This document shows positions 14,074 to 26,375 of a stretch of DNA of 64,000 nucleotides, piece by piece; within the stretch, counting starts at the first letter, position 1, and each line of letters begins with the position of its first letter. Source of the DNA: Lytechinus pictus (lineage: Eukaryota); the NCBI RefSeq assembly GCF_037042905.1, contig NC_087251.1:43402001-43466000 (forward strand). Reading direction: 5' to 3'. The notes under the pieces are model-generated. The model was not told the DNA's origin. It was given only the letters and a program-made list of their open reading frames with translations, and searched no databases. The position numbers and the translations under genes are program-made.

Positions 14074-14652
14074 CAGTCAGACTGCAGGTCCCAAGAAAGT
14101 GGCATCTTTCATCCAAGTGATATTCATGACTTGAGATGTTTTGCATATTTAATGAGCTTGATGCGGACCAAAACACCTCTTTTCATTCGGTCATTGCTGC
14201 TCTAATTGTGCATCGAATTTCATGAATTTGGTACCATTGTAAAGAAGAAGAATCATTCTTTCAGGTCATGTGTTTGGATTTATTAGAAAGTACAGAAGTT
14301 CAGCTTTATGGTGATATAGATATTATTGAGGCTCAAAATAAAAAGTTTTGCACAATTTGCAAAAGAAAACAGAGGAAGAAAATTCAGTTTTGAGGCACAT
14401 TTTCAGGCCAGAAATTCACTTATTTAACAAAATATTGTATACAAAATAAATGACCAATATGAAAGAGTAACTTTTACTCTATCTGATGGTGCAATAATAT
14501 TTCATTTAACTTGAGGTTAAAACAGGTAAATTCTTAGAGAAAGAAAATCTCACGAATCACGAGATTTTGCAAGGAGGAGGATTCAGCCACGAGATGATTT
14601 GGATGAATCTGGCCTTTTTGCTCATTAGCATAGGGACCTGCGGTCTGACTGG
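14074..14652. mobile_element. Non-autonomous DNA transposon, piggyBac-like termini
   Basis: TTAT|CAGTCAGACTGCAGGTCCC ... GGGACCTGCGGTCTGACTGG|TTAT: ~19-bp TIR with one mismatch and the same TTAT tetramer on both sides. Confidence 0.75.
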
Positions 14653-14805
14653 TTATCGAATGTATGTTGCTGGTTACCCCAGGCAATACAAAACCATTCA
14701 CAAGAACAGGGTAAATGAATAAGTATGTTGCTTAAACGCCACTTATATGAAACACAGGGTCGTGTATAAATGCATAATCGCTATTGCTGTCATCCTCATC
14801 TAATA

Positions 14806-14960
14806 CTTATTTACTTACATACTTGCTTGCTTTCTTACTTTCTTACTTGTTTACTTACTTTCTCTCTTACTTACTTACTTACTTACATATTTACTAACTT
14901 ACGTACGTAATTACTTACTTACGTATTTACTTACTTACGTGCGTACGTACGTACTTACTT
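14806..14960. repeat. (TTAC)n microsatellite with TACG variants
   Basis: Direct inspection. Confidence 0.9.
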
Positions 14961-15204
14961 CCTTATTTTTTGTTTACTTTGAATCCGCTCCTGCATTTTT
15001 ACGGTTGAAAATAAAAAAGGGGGCTTGGAAACAAACAAAAAATATGCGTTTGTTCATTTAAACTAAATACTTTTATGGTTTACAATGGACGAATTTTCTT
15101 TTTAATATATTTTTTTGTAGCTATCAAGAATGACATATCTATAGTAGGAGGACACGGATGGGACACATACCCAAAGCACCAGTTCCAGGGACGCCCCCCC
15201 AAAA

Positions 15205-15566
<362 letters not shown>

Positions 15567-18366
15567 GAGATAAAAAATAAGGATGGCGGCACAAAAGAAA
15601 GGTAGTAGAAAGTTTCATGGAAAAACGAAAAAAAAAGACGAAAATGGAAGGGGCACAAAATTATCACTTTTCCTCGCACCGATATAAGCCACCGGCAATC
15701 TAAAATACATTTCTGTTCTCTTAATTCAATGTAGGGTTTTACTAGTATCGAAAGTCGAAAATTAATCAACCACATCTCCTTCTTCCACATGAGAGGAGGC
15801 AACGCCTAGATATATAAAGATGACGGGTAATTTATACATCATGGTAAGACAAGAATTTCCTCATAATCACAAGCTTCCACAACATAATTTTTTTTCCTTT
15901 TTTATATACATCGGCTCAGTCATTAATAATATGGTCCTGTATTGTTGGATCCATATATAGCTTTGTTTTTTCTGCCTTGAATATTTAAATCTTACAAAAG
16001 CAACAACCTGAACAGAGAACTCGATATAAACTATATTTATAGTGTAATGTTCTATATTATGCGCCAAGGCGCTCGTTGAAGAATTATATATAGTTCATTT
16101 TTATTTGTTATTTGCCGTAAACAATACATCGGAACATTAACACTACATCAAAATAGGCTTAATAAAGACGGAAATAACATGTAAATATTTAAATCGAAAG
16201 AATATAATTAAAGCCCGGGTCCCTGGTAGGAAATTAATGAGTGAAAATAAATGCCAATGGCGGGGCAAACAAAATGTAGTGTATACAGATATAAGAAATA
16301 ATACATGACAATGTAAAAAAAAAGAAGAAGAAGAAGAAGAAGTGGAAGAAACAGAAGAACGTGGAGGAGAAAAAGAAATACAAGAATGGGAGAAAAGAAA
16401 TATATAAAGCAAGAGACGAACGAGAGGGAAATGAAATAGATGGTAAACAGACGGAAAACATATACATGTAACACTGAACAACGAATACGCAAACACCTAA
16501 AAATATGACTGGTTATAACTCTTTAACTGATGCATGAATTGTTAGTGGATAAAGAATTGCAAGACATTGCTTTCTTGAGGTCAATTTAGATATTACTGAA
16601 GCAAACTATATGTGATATATTCTTAAGATTTTTTTTTACCACGGGCCTTCGGCTGCAATGAGGAAAATGTAATTTGATGTATGTCCTACAAAAAAAATAT
16701 ATGCTGCAACATTTCTGCAAAATCTTGGCTAGAATCCAAATAATCTTATTATGTGGTGAATATAGCGCTGGTGACACTTTTATACATCTAGTTTTTTAAA
16801 AGTTTGAAATGCTGTTAAAAGTTAATCTTATTTTGAGCAAGCTCTCCAACTTTCCAATGGTTAAATATATTGCCCCAATTTACCCAAATGAAAATTCTTC
16901 ATTTTCTGTATGTAATGCCGGAGATTTCCGATAATGAATTCACGAAAAAAAAAATTGTGTGTGCATACAAAGCGAGCCCAACCATGACAACAATGGTGAT
17001 ATTCGGCGGGAAAGTGTATAATGAAGATTGAAGCAATAAATCATCACCTGACCCTGTCGTCTGCTCCGACATGGACGTAACACGTTCAAAACTAGGTCAT
17101 TATTGGGAAAGGACGGCTATTAGACTGTATGTCTCATCCTAACCGTTTGGATGAGTGGTATAAAACATATCAGTGCTATGTGGGAATCGAACCATGAACT
17201 CTCTCCCTCGGCATCGGGACAAATACCTAGTTACCTTTACGCACTAGGTAATATCTTATTAATAATTTGTTATCCCTAGCATGCGCATGCCGAGAAAATA
17301 AACGCAGTTTCATCAGTAAATAATTGTTTTTGCACGTCTTGTGTTATAAATCAAGTCAAATACCATCCAATTCCTAAAAACCGTGCCTTTTATTTGTTCC
17401 ATCGTCTCTCTTGCGAGTAGGCGAATTGCTTACCATACATTTCATTCTATTATATTAAATCAAAAGTTCTCTTCATTGACAAGCTTTAACCGAATATCAA
17501 GTCTCGAGGAAAGGCCTTTCGGCAAAATATCGTCATAATCGGTATTCTCAACATTTTGACACGCCTTCCCAGGTAAACCATTATCCCGCAAGCTGCATGC
17601 ACATTGCTATTTTCCACCGAAATAGAAACAATTTCTATAAACTTGTGATCACGTTGGTGACAGTTGCAAAATTGAAAGTGTTATCAAACATCATTGCACT
17701 CATACTTTTGGTATGTAGCGGTCATGGTGCTTGTCGTAAGCCATGTTGACGAAAAGTCATATTCTCGAGTTACGGCACCCTACTGCGTCCTCAAAAGTAT
17801 CAAGAGGATAATAAAGCGTACATGACAAAACCACGACAACTGTCGGGGGGAAAGGCTCGAACCTGCGGTCGGAACCCCTACCGATTCTAATGTGCGATTT
17901 GCCGACACCATACCGCTGGTTCCAACAGGGCAAAGGCACGGTGGTCCTATCTTTGGTTTATAATATTTCATATCTGCACGGTCGAATGATTGGTGAGTGG
18001 GGACGAAAAATACGGGCAAAGCCCAAATTGACCCCTCCGAGCTAGCAAAATATTGAGAATGAGGCTGAAAACCTTGCGATGTTTTCTTTTCATATTGTCT
18101 CAACGGTGTTCTCTTTATAGCGATAAAGGCTCAATCTCATTTTTTGGTATGAATTTTGATGAACCTGTGATCCAAAAGTCACCGAAAGTTCAAAGTGGAA
18201 TTGTCACGCCATATAGGGCTACGTGTTTGTAGGAAAGGATGCTCTCGTAATTTAAAACAAGTGTCTTGAATCTCTAAAAATATGACAATGATTACATGTA
18301 TAAACATACATTAATATTAATTGGAAAACTATAGTCCTATAGGACTCGAACAGCGTGTAAGCTTAC

Positions 18367-19114
18367 CTGTAACTTGATCAGATTGATCCATCTCAGAAGA
18401 CAGTCCTTTATCCGAAAAAATGGCACTTTAAATCAAATGCAACAAGATCAATCCCTGTTCATGTTGTCCTTCCCAACAGTATCGGTATTTCATGAAGATC
18501 CAACGATGCAATATCGAGTTCAAATTGGACAAATTGGCGATATATCCAAGTTACAGGAAGAAATGCATTTTCATGTTCTAGACTGTAAGTTCTGTCAACT
18601 TGGAATGTTTTCCATCGGGTTTAATCCAAATATGTTGTCTCATTTCCCCCAAAGATTTGATGTTGTATCACATCAATGCATCAGACCGACTCGTCGATCT
18701 TTCCCAACTAATTATCATGAAATAATTCATTTATCGATGCATGAAGGGTTTGATGCACATTCTTCTTCATTGTTCTTGGTTACAGTTGTTCCACATAACT
18801 CAGATCGATATATTTCCATCTACGTTGAAACTGACGGTATTTCACAATCTATTTGGGGCAACAGTACCAATGCAAATTTGGATGGCTCCAACGAATGGTC
18901 GGGAAATTTTTGACATTTTAGCCTCTAGTTTTTGCTCATGTCTACACTGGAATGTCGGGGAAAGTGAAAATTTAGCGGGGACGTCAGCGTGGACGTGACA
19001 GATGATGAGAGTAGCGAGGTGGATTGCCCGGAGCACGAAGGCAGGTTCGATCTCCCACGCGAATTCATCTGTACACGTCGAGAAGCATCCCAAATGCCTG
19101 TCAAATTCAGTCAC
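18367..19114 (-). other. Candidate 748-nt, mostly 5'-UTR exon ending in a short coding start (MDQSDQVT + phase 1)
   Basis: Minus strand: acceptor ttgttgtctttatgtccatgtag|GTG at 19114 and strong donor CAG|gtaagc at 18367. ATG at 18391 gives 8 codons + 1 nt. Sequence is non-repetitive and higher in complexity than its flanks. No protein homology recognised. Confidence 0.5.
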
Positions 19115-19337
19115 CTACATGGACATAAAGACAACAAGAGAATACATATATGAAATTTGGAATCACCACCGCCTATGAATGAGTGAATTAATAGAAAACT
19201 CACATACAAATTGAAGATCACATATTTTACATGTTTAATAATTGATTGCTTATTTATTATCATTATAAGGTTTTGGATAATTATGATCCTCCTGAAAAAA
19301 AAATAGTGACCAAATAGTGTTTACATCGCGTAACACA

Positions 19338-20026
19338 ATGTGAAATGTTTTTCACGCTGTTAAAATGCTCACACTTAATATTGTGAATCTAGTCTTCATA
19401 GACTTTACTATGTGAACACACTGTAATCGTCCAAATTGTGAAGGCGTCCACGGTATAAAATTATCTCTACACTGTTCAAATGCTCAGATTCAACATTGTG
19501 CATCTCATATTGAGGTCCACTACAAGTGCACACACTGTGAATATGAACACTTAAGCGTTAACAGAGTGAAATTGTCTTCACATTGTTAAGTTGGAGCATT
19601 TCAGCATTGTGAGTCACATGGTCACATTGCCCACTTTGTGAACACAGTGTGTACACTCACACTGTGGGTAAATTAATTACAAAGTGTGAACACACTGCTG
19701 AACAGTCACACTGGACGTTTCCAGAGTATGAAATTATGTTAAGAAGTTATATTTGAGCTTCTCAGACATTGTGATTCATATCTTAACACTGTGGAAACAC
19801 ACTACGAACATTTACACTGTGGATGTAAAAGTCTACAGTGTGAACAGTCGTACTGTCAAAGTTTCCAGAGTGTGAAACTATCTTCAGCTGTTATATTTGA
19901 GGTTGTGAATCACTGTGGTTCACATCTTCCCATATTCCCCTTTATGAACACACTTTAAACAGTCACACTGTGGATATGAATTTAGTCCACCGTACGAACA
20001 CACTGCGAATATTTACACTGTGGAAC
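19338..20026. repeat. Degenerate tandem array, about 5 units of 110-160 bp
   Basis: Recurrent GTGAAATTGTCTTCAC...TGTTA, CATTGTGA, TGTGAACACACT and ACACTGTGG motifs in the same order. Confidence 0.8.
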
Positions 20027-20236
20027 AACGAAAGCTCCATTATGTCTTTTGACCATTTTAAGTCCACTCGCAGATAAATCTGAGTACATAAAATGAACAC
20101 AGCATTTCGATAGCTTCTAGATAAAAATAAAATATGGACATAAATGATTTCCATTGATTGACAAAATACATCTATTGTTACTGGCATAATAAAGTTAGAC
20201 TTCAAACCTCGTCTTGATAAGAATAATAGTAAACAT

Positions 20237-20412
20237 CAATTTGTATATAGCGCAGCTTTTCTATAAATATATTCAGCTGCGTTTGTTCAGAGCTCTTTAC
20301 TTAAATCTACACAGCAAATTTTCTTAACTAAAGAGATATGTTTTTAATTTTGTTTTGAAGAGAGTCAATGATGGAGAGCTTCTTATATCAATTGGCAATC
20401 TTCTGAGAAAAG
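20237..20412 (-). mobile_element. 3' end of an L2/CR1-group LINE (ORF2 C-terminus + tail)
   Basis: Minus strand translates RLPIDIRSSPSLTLFKTKLKTYLFS*, matching the typical L2 ORF2 end (LP..IR...SL..FK..LKT.LF). It is followed by an L2-type GCGCTATATA tail. Confidence 0.8.
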
Positions 20413-21589
20413 GGATTATGCACATTTCTTTGATTACTTAATCATAATACAGGGAGCATGATGAAATAAAGGAATACTTTGTCCATCAAATGGATAAAAT
20501 ATCTGACTGTAACCATACTTGCCTAACTACTCTGTTACAACTATTGGATCAATGTCTGCAATTATTTAACTTCAATCACATTACGCCCAACAATGAACTG
20601 TAAACTGGTGGTTTTATAATCATATTTATCATACTTATTTCAGCACAAGGAATGACTAATTGGAAACTTTTTTAAAAAGTTGACCTAAACATTTTGTGGG
20701 TTCATCGACCGCAGATCATTCCCAGTCACGTCCATGCTTCACGACCAACTAAATTACAGTTTGTCACTTTCGACAATTAGACTCTGCTACCAGTCGTCAA
20801 TAGTTTGTTTTCACCTTAGTACTTAATCTCCACCTACGATCTACGATTTTAGCCCAGAATTAGACCAGAGTTTAGAATACCGTCTAGCATTGATTATAGA
20901 TATATGTAAATTATATTGTTACGTTATTCGAACTTGGACACCCTTTTCCCCATAAGCCTCGCTTTTTACATGTATTTATCTACTTTGTTACAATTTAATC
21001 AAATATTTTTTCTGGTTGTAGAGTCTAGCAAGGACTCATTGCTTTCGTCACTCTATTACACGGTATAGTTGTTGTATGTCGAGCGTATGCGCGTGTACAT
21101 GGCAAGGCCGACACGCGAAAACGCTCCTAGCCATTTTTCGAAGAATATTAAACAAGACTTTAATAAAATCAGAGAATAGTCATGCATTGTTTGCAGAATG
21201 AAACTCCAGAACTTTGAGTGTGAACTTTACAGCAATCTGTCAACAAATAAGACTTTTTGGAAGCCTCGGTTGGAATGCAAATATGAGTTACTTTTAACAA
21301 TTTTCAAGAATTTGTTCCCGTAACGAATTATTATCCATCTCATTTCATTGATATTGATGCACAGATTTAAACTTATATAATGTTGCCAACATAGAATACG
21401 CTTTAGATTAGAAAAAATGACGGAACATTACTCTAATCATTAAGATTTAAAGTGTAATCTTAGAATAAACAATGTGTGACGTGGAATAATTCCTACAGAT
21501 TTTCTTTTGTTTTATTTCATCATTTAATTTGTATGTGTATGTACGTACGGGTGTGTGTGTGTGTGGCTGTGGGTGCGTGGGTGTGTGTA

Positions 21590-21706
21590 TGGATGGATGG
21601 ATTGATTGATTGAATCATAGATTGATTGATTGATTGATTAATTTATTGAATGATTAAATGATTGATTGATTGATTGATTGATTGAATCATAGATTGGTTG
21701 ATTGAT
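21590..21706. repeat. (GATT)n microsatellite preceded by GT tract
   Basis: Direct inspection. Confidence 0.9.
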
Positions 21707-22029
21707 TTTTTTTTTTGGGGGGGGGGGCTTTGTTGGATATTTTGACAGGAAACTTTAAATCTCGTTCTGCTCTATGTAAACCTAATTATAAAAATACTAT
21801 TTCACATGCTGTTGTTATGAAATGTTTTTTCTATATAAATGTGTATATGTCAAACCTTGAATCATACATCGAAAGGCACACCTGTATGTCTAAGAATTAC
21901 TGCATCATTGACAAAAACAAGAAAGGATGAATGTAAGAAAAAAATGCTATAAGCGATGACGACTTGTACACGTTATGAGTACATCCTTTTGTCAGATTCA
22001 TTTTCCCCAGCGCTTGTACTCCTTATTAA

Positions 22030-22633
22030 AGGTCAAGTCCACCTCAGAAAAATGTTGATTTGAATCAATAAGAGAAAAACCAGACAAGCACAATGCTGAA
22101 AATTTCATCAAAATCGGATGTAAAATAAGAAAGTTATGACATTTCAAAGTTTCGCTTATTTTTAACAAAATAGTTATATGAACGAGCCAGTTACATCCAA
22201 ATGAGAGAGTCGATGATGTCACTCACTCACTATTTCTTTTGTTGTTTTTTGTTTGAATTATACAATATTTCAATTTTTAGGAATTTGACGATTAGGACCT
22301 CCTTGCCTGAACCACAAATTGTTAAAATAATGGAATTCCACGTGTTCAGGGAGGAATGAAACTTCATTTCACATGACAATGACGAGAAAATCAAAATATT
22401 TCATATTTCATATAATAAAATACAAAAGAAATAGTGAGTGAGTGATGTCATCAGTTCCCTCATTTGCATATTGACAGAGATGTGCATATAACTGTTTTGT
22501 GAAATGAAGCGAAACTTTAAAATGTCATAACTTTCTTATTTTACATCCGATTTTGATGATTTTTTCAGTGTTATGCTTGTTGAATTTTTCTTTTTTTATT
22601 CAAATAAAGTTTTTGTTGGGGTGGACTTGTCCT
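22030..22633. mobile_element. Kolobok-type non-autonomous DNA transposon, 604 bp, long TIRs
   Basis: TTAA|AGGTCAAGTCCACC ... GGTGGACTTGTCCT|TTAA. Arms of ~200 bp are mirrored (ATCAAAATCGGATGTAAAATAAGAAAGTTATGACATTT; GATGTCACTCACTCACTATTTCTTTTG). AG..CT ends with a TTAA TSD are the Kolobok signature. Confidence 0.9.
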
Positions 22634-23479
22634 TTAAGCAGTACAGTGCGATTTAGTTTCTAGCGACATCCTTAAAAAACTTGTCGCTCTTACAGTTAGT
22701 TTTCTCGCCATTTCACGTCAAGGTTAATGCTAATCGCTTGATCCTGACTCGCTGATTGAAAAGCACCGAGCCAAACAGAAAAATGGAGGGGCAAAAAAAT
22801 GAAAGTTGAGATGAAAATGTGAGATTATAAAGACTAACGGTGACTGTGATGACGGATTAGGTTTGAGGGGGAAATTTGGGACATGATGGGCCATGATAGA
22901 AAAGCGAACCACGTTTCCCCCTTTGACATGCACGCATGTATTACTGAACAGGGAGCTACCAGCGGATTACACTTAAGCTGCATCTTGTGATCTTCAGTTT
23001 TTAACATATTTTTTCTCGAAATGTCAAGATATTAACCAAGTTTTCAAGGAAAATACTATTTATATGATGAAGTTGCTCAAAGAGAAGTCAAAACCATCTT
23101 CTGATAGCAATCAATATATTTAGAAATGTAAGATTTTTTTAATTGTATTGTATTGTCAATGTCAAATGTTTCTGTATATCTGTACAATACGATCATGGTA
23201 ATTGGAGGCATACTGAGACTTCTTTGGGCGTTCCAATAAACCTACGTTCAATTACAAGTCAGCCGTAAGTCCCACAATCAAACATAAGTGTTTTGATTTG
23301 TATATTGACATGCGTTCAATTACAACTAAACTTCTTCTTTTTTTTGGGGGGGGGGGGTGCAACCCCATTATGCTTTTGATTTCGCGTCGGTCTTTAGTAT
23401 TTCCCCACGAATATGTAGCCCTTTTAATTTGATATAGACCGATTATCCATTGTTCAAATTCAAAATTTACGTACCTTAA

Positions 23480-23825
23480 AGGATCGTGCTCCGGGCTGAT
23501 GATATTAGAGTAAAATTTACAAAGCAAAATGCTGAAAATTTTGATAAAAATCGGATAACAAATAACTAAGTTATTGAATTTTAAAGATTTGCATTATTTC
23601 GGTGAAACAGTTCTAGGCATGTCTTCATGAACATTCATTACGTGAGCTGATGATATCACATCCCAACTTTCCTTTTTTCTTATGTTATTACATGAAATCA
23701 TAATTGTTTCATTTTTTTCATAAATGTGTAAATGATGTCTCTCCATTATGACGAAATAAGCATTTTGCTCTGTGAATTTTACTCTATGTATTGAGATATA
23801 AATATATTCAGCCTGAAGCATCCCT
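23480..23825. mobile_element. Related Kolobok-type element, internally deleted (346 bp)
   Basis: TTAA|AGGATCGTGCTCCGGGCTGA ... TCAGCCTGAAGCATCCCT|TTAA. Shares AATGCTGAAAATTT..AT.AAAATCGGAT with 22030-22633; right arm is short. Confidence 0.8.
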
Positions 23826-26032
23826 TTAAGCATTAAGCTAACACTTTTGGATTTTGTATTTTAGGATTTTGTTTTTTTAAACGAATGAATGCCAATTCCT
23901 TGGTCCTTTCACATATTTATTTCATCATCTTTAAAATTATCGGCAGCTTAAAATGCAACTACATAGACAAAATTTAATTTTGTGATGTCATTATGCGGCG
24001 CCAGTTGTCATGACAGCTGTGTATGAGGTTCATGACCATAGCACGCAGACGACAGGACCTTAACATTGATGATATTAGTGATCGCGATAATATCTTGTTG
24101 ACACTTCTTCTAATTTACTCTGAGCATTGTCTAAAGATGTTTGTCATGTTTTGACGAACACTGATCACATTTTGGGATAGACACAAATCCTAAATAAATT
24201 ACGGGAGTGTCTGTTGTGACGGAGTTTAACATGGAAGTCAAAGAACTTTTGAACTTTAAATCGTTCATCAGCTACTACTGAAAAGGGGAATTCAAAATAA
24301 GGAAGGCAAAGAAAAAGAAAGGCCACGCACATCAGTTGATTAGTATGGTATCGCGATAACGATCAGCAGACGATTATTCGTTATCGCAAATATTGGCGCC
24401 GAAAAAACGAACTCTATATCGTCTGCATCTCGCTGTGTGTTTTTTTTTTTAGTTGTTACTCAAATATTGAAAATAAATATTTTGAGAATGGAAGGTATGA
24501 TCATAAAACAAAGAGACATGACAACTATTGTTTTCGTAGAATAACGCATTACGCGAAGACAAAAATTAATATTTAATGGTGAATAATATGAATTGCAAAA
24601 AAAAAATAAACTAAGGAGTGTGCTGAAAAAGCAAGAGACATGATTAATAATAATTATTAATCAAGTATAATGAAGTTTAAAATTTTGCATTTTTCTAGTT
24701 TTATAGTTGAAATATGTAAGTCCCCGAAGTCAGAAATCAATCATGATCTGATAGGCCAATATACTCCACCCCCCAAAAAAATGAAGATGCATAAACCAAA
24801 AATTGTCTAAACAGATAGTTCTAGGAAGAAGTACTCGTCTGTGCTATCTAAAAGGTACATGAAAAATAATTGTTCTTCGATATACCGATATTTCCCATCA
24901 AAACTTTGCTAATTTAATTCAGACCATTAATGTGGTTACATGTATATTGTGTTTGTTGATAATATTTGGAGAGATATCTATCTTCTATAAACACCCATGC
25001 ACTCTCTCTGAAATATACCAAATCTAATTTACTGTAAGGATAATTCATACACACTCACACCAATGTACATTCAGATCGATAATTTGCACTACAATTGGAA
25101 AACATAAAGGTAAAAAAAAAACGAATGTGACATCAAATCATTAATCTTACTGTTTCATAAGCGAATCATGTAAAAAAAAAAAGGAAGACGATGAAATTAG
25201 GTAATTTGCAATCAAGAGATGGCGCTAGTTCAAAAACAAGGCAGCAAACGCTCATATGAAAAATTATAATTTCTATAAACTTATACATTTATGTTATGAT
25301 GTATATAATTCTGAATAGAGGTTAAAAAAATTAAAAATATCCAGATTATCCTAATTCATATTGATTTGAATAACTTTCATGATTCATAAAAAAATACATA
25401 TTGCGTGCAAAATATAATAATTTATTTACGTAAAACATTTCTTTTGTGAAAAAAAACACAAAAACATATGACACTGTACAATTCATGAAAAGGTTAATTT
25501 TTCTATGTACTTATACCTCTGTCATATCATGATGTAATGAATTTTTGATAAAAAAAAAAAAACAATGAAAAGGAAGGTCTTAAAGAGTGAGTGTAAAACT
25601 AAAATGTTAATTTTATTTCGATTCGAGAGAGAAGGGGATGATTTGGGCAGACATGGATCAAAGAAGGTGTTACTTTCCCCATCCGTTTGGTAAAAAATAC
25701 AATTCATGTTTCTCCTTTTAAATAGAAGTCTTTCTATGTGAAAAATAAAAATGAAAGTCTTTGGAGGAATTGAATGCATTTTTATAAAAGATATGAAAAA
25801 ATACTAACTGACCAAATAAAACTATTGTTACACCCGTTTGGCAATGAGTTTTTACGTAGACAAAATAATGATCTGCCTGAAAAATCTTAATATCTAGTTT
25901 TAATCATGCATAAGGAGTTGCTAGAAAAAAGTCTGACCCCCCGAGTTATTTAAAGAGTGTTAAGAGTCCTATTACCATGAAAGTTACGAATCATAATATA
26001 AGCTAACTTGTCTTGTTCTTGAACTTGCTTAC

Positions 26033-26120
26033 CGTGGAAGATAGAAAAAGGAAAAAGAATCGTTTTCTTTGATTCGATCAGCAGACTGCTCGCTAATTCG
26101 TTCAAAATGGCTTCCTCGAT
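26033..26120 (-). other. Candidate non-coding first exon
   Basis: Donor ACG|gtaagc at 26033; CpG-rich patch with CCAAT motifs at about 26145 (+) and 26169 (-) just upstream. 5' boundary is approximate. Confidence 0.35.
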
Positions 26121-26211
26121 TAATTTCCGTTATTTGCGCTCGACCCAATTAACGACTAGCGATGACGGATTGGAAATGATCGTAGTGATCGCTCTCTTAC
26201 CCCCCAAATCC

Positions 26212-26375
26212 CACCGTAAAAAATTTTTAAACAACGTTGTTCACGATGCGAACGTTACAGAAGCAGTTTTAAAATCTTAAACAAAAAATAAGTTGTTTAA
26301 ACTGTTAAACAACTACTGTAAAGTTCATATAGTACACAGCGTTGTATCACAATTTTAAACAATGTTTTTTACTGT
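26212..26375. mobile_element. Degenerate CAC-terminus MITE (TTTAAACAAC-rich family)
   Basis: CACCGTAAAAAATTTTTAAACAACG ... TTTTAAACAATGTTTTTTACTGT. Confidence 0.5.

Noticed and set aside
18374..18913. 179-aa plus-strand ORF
   Set aside because: Non-ATG start in the track and no recognisable domain; splice signals point to the minus strand.
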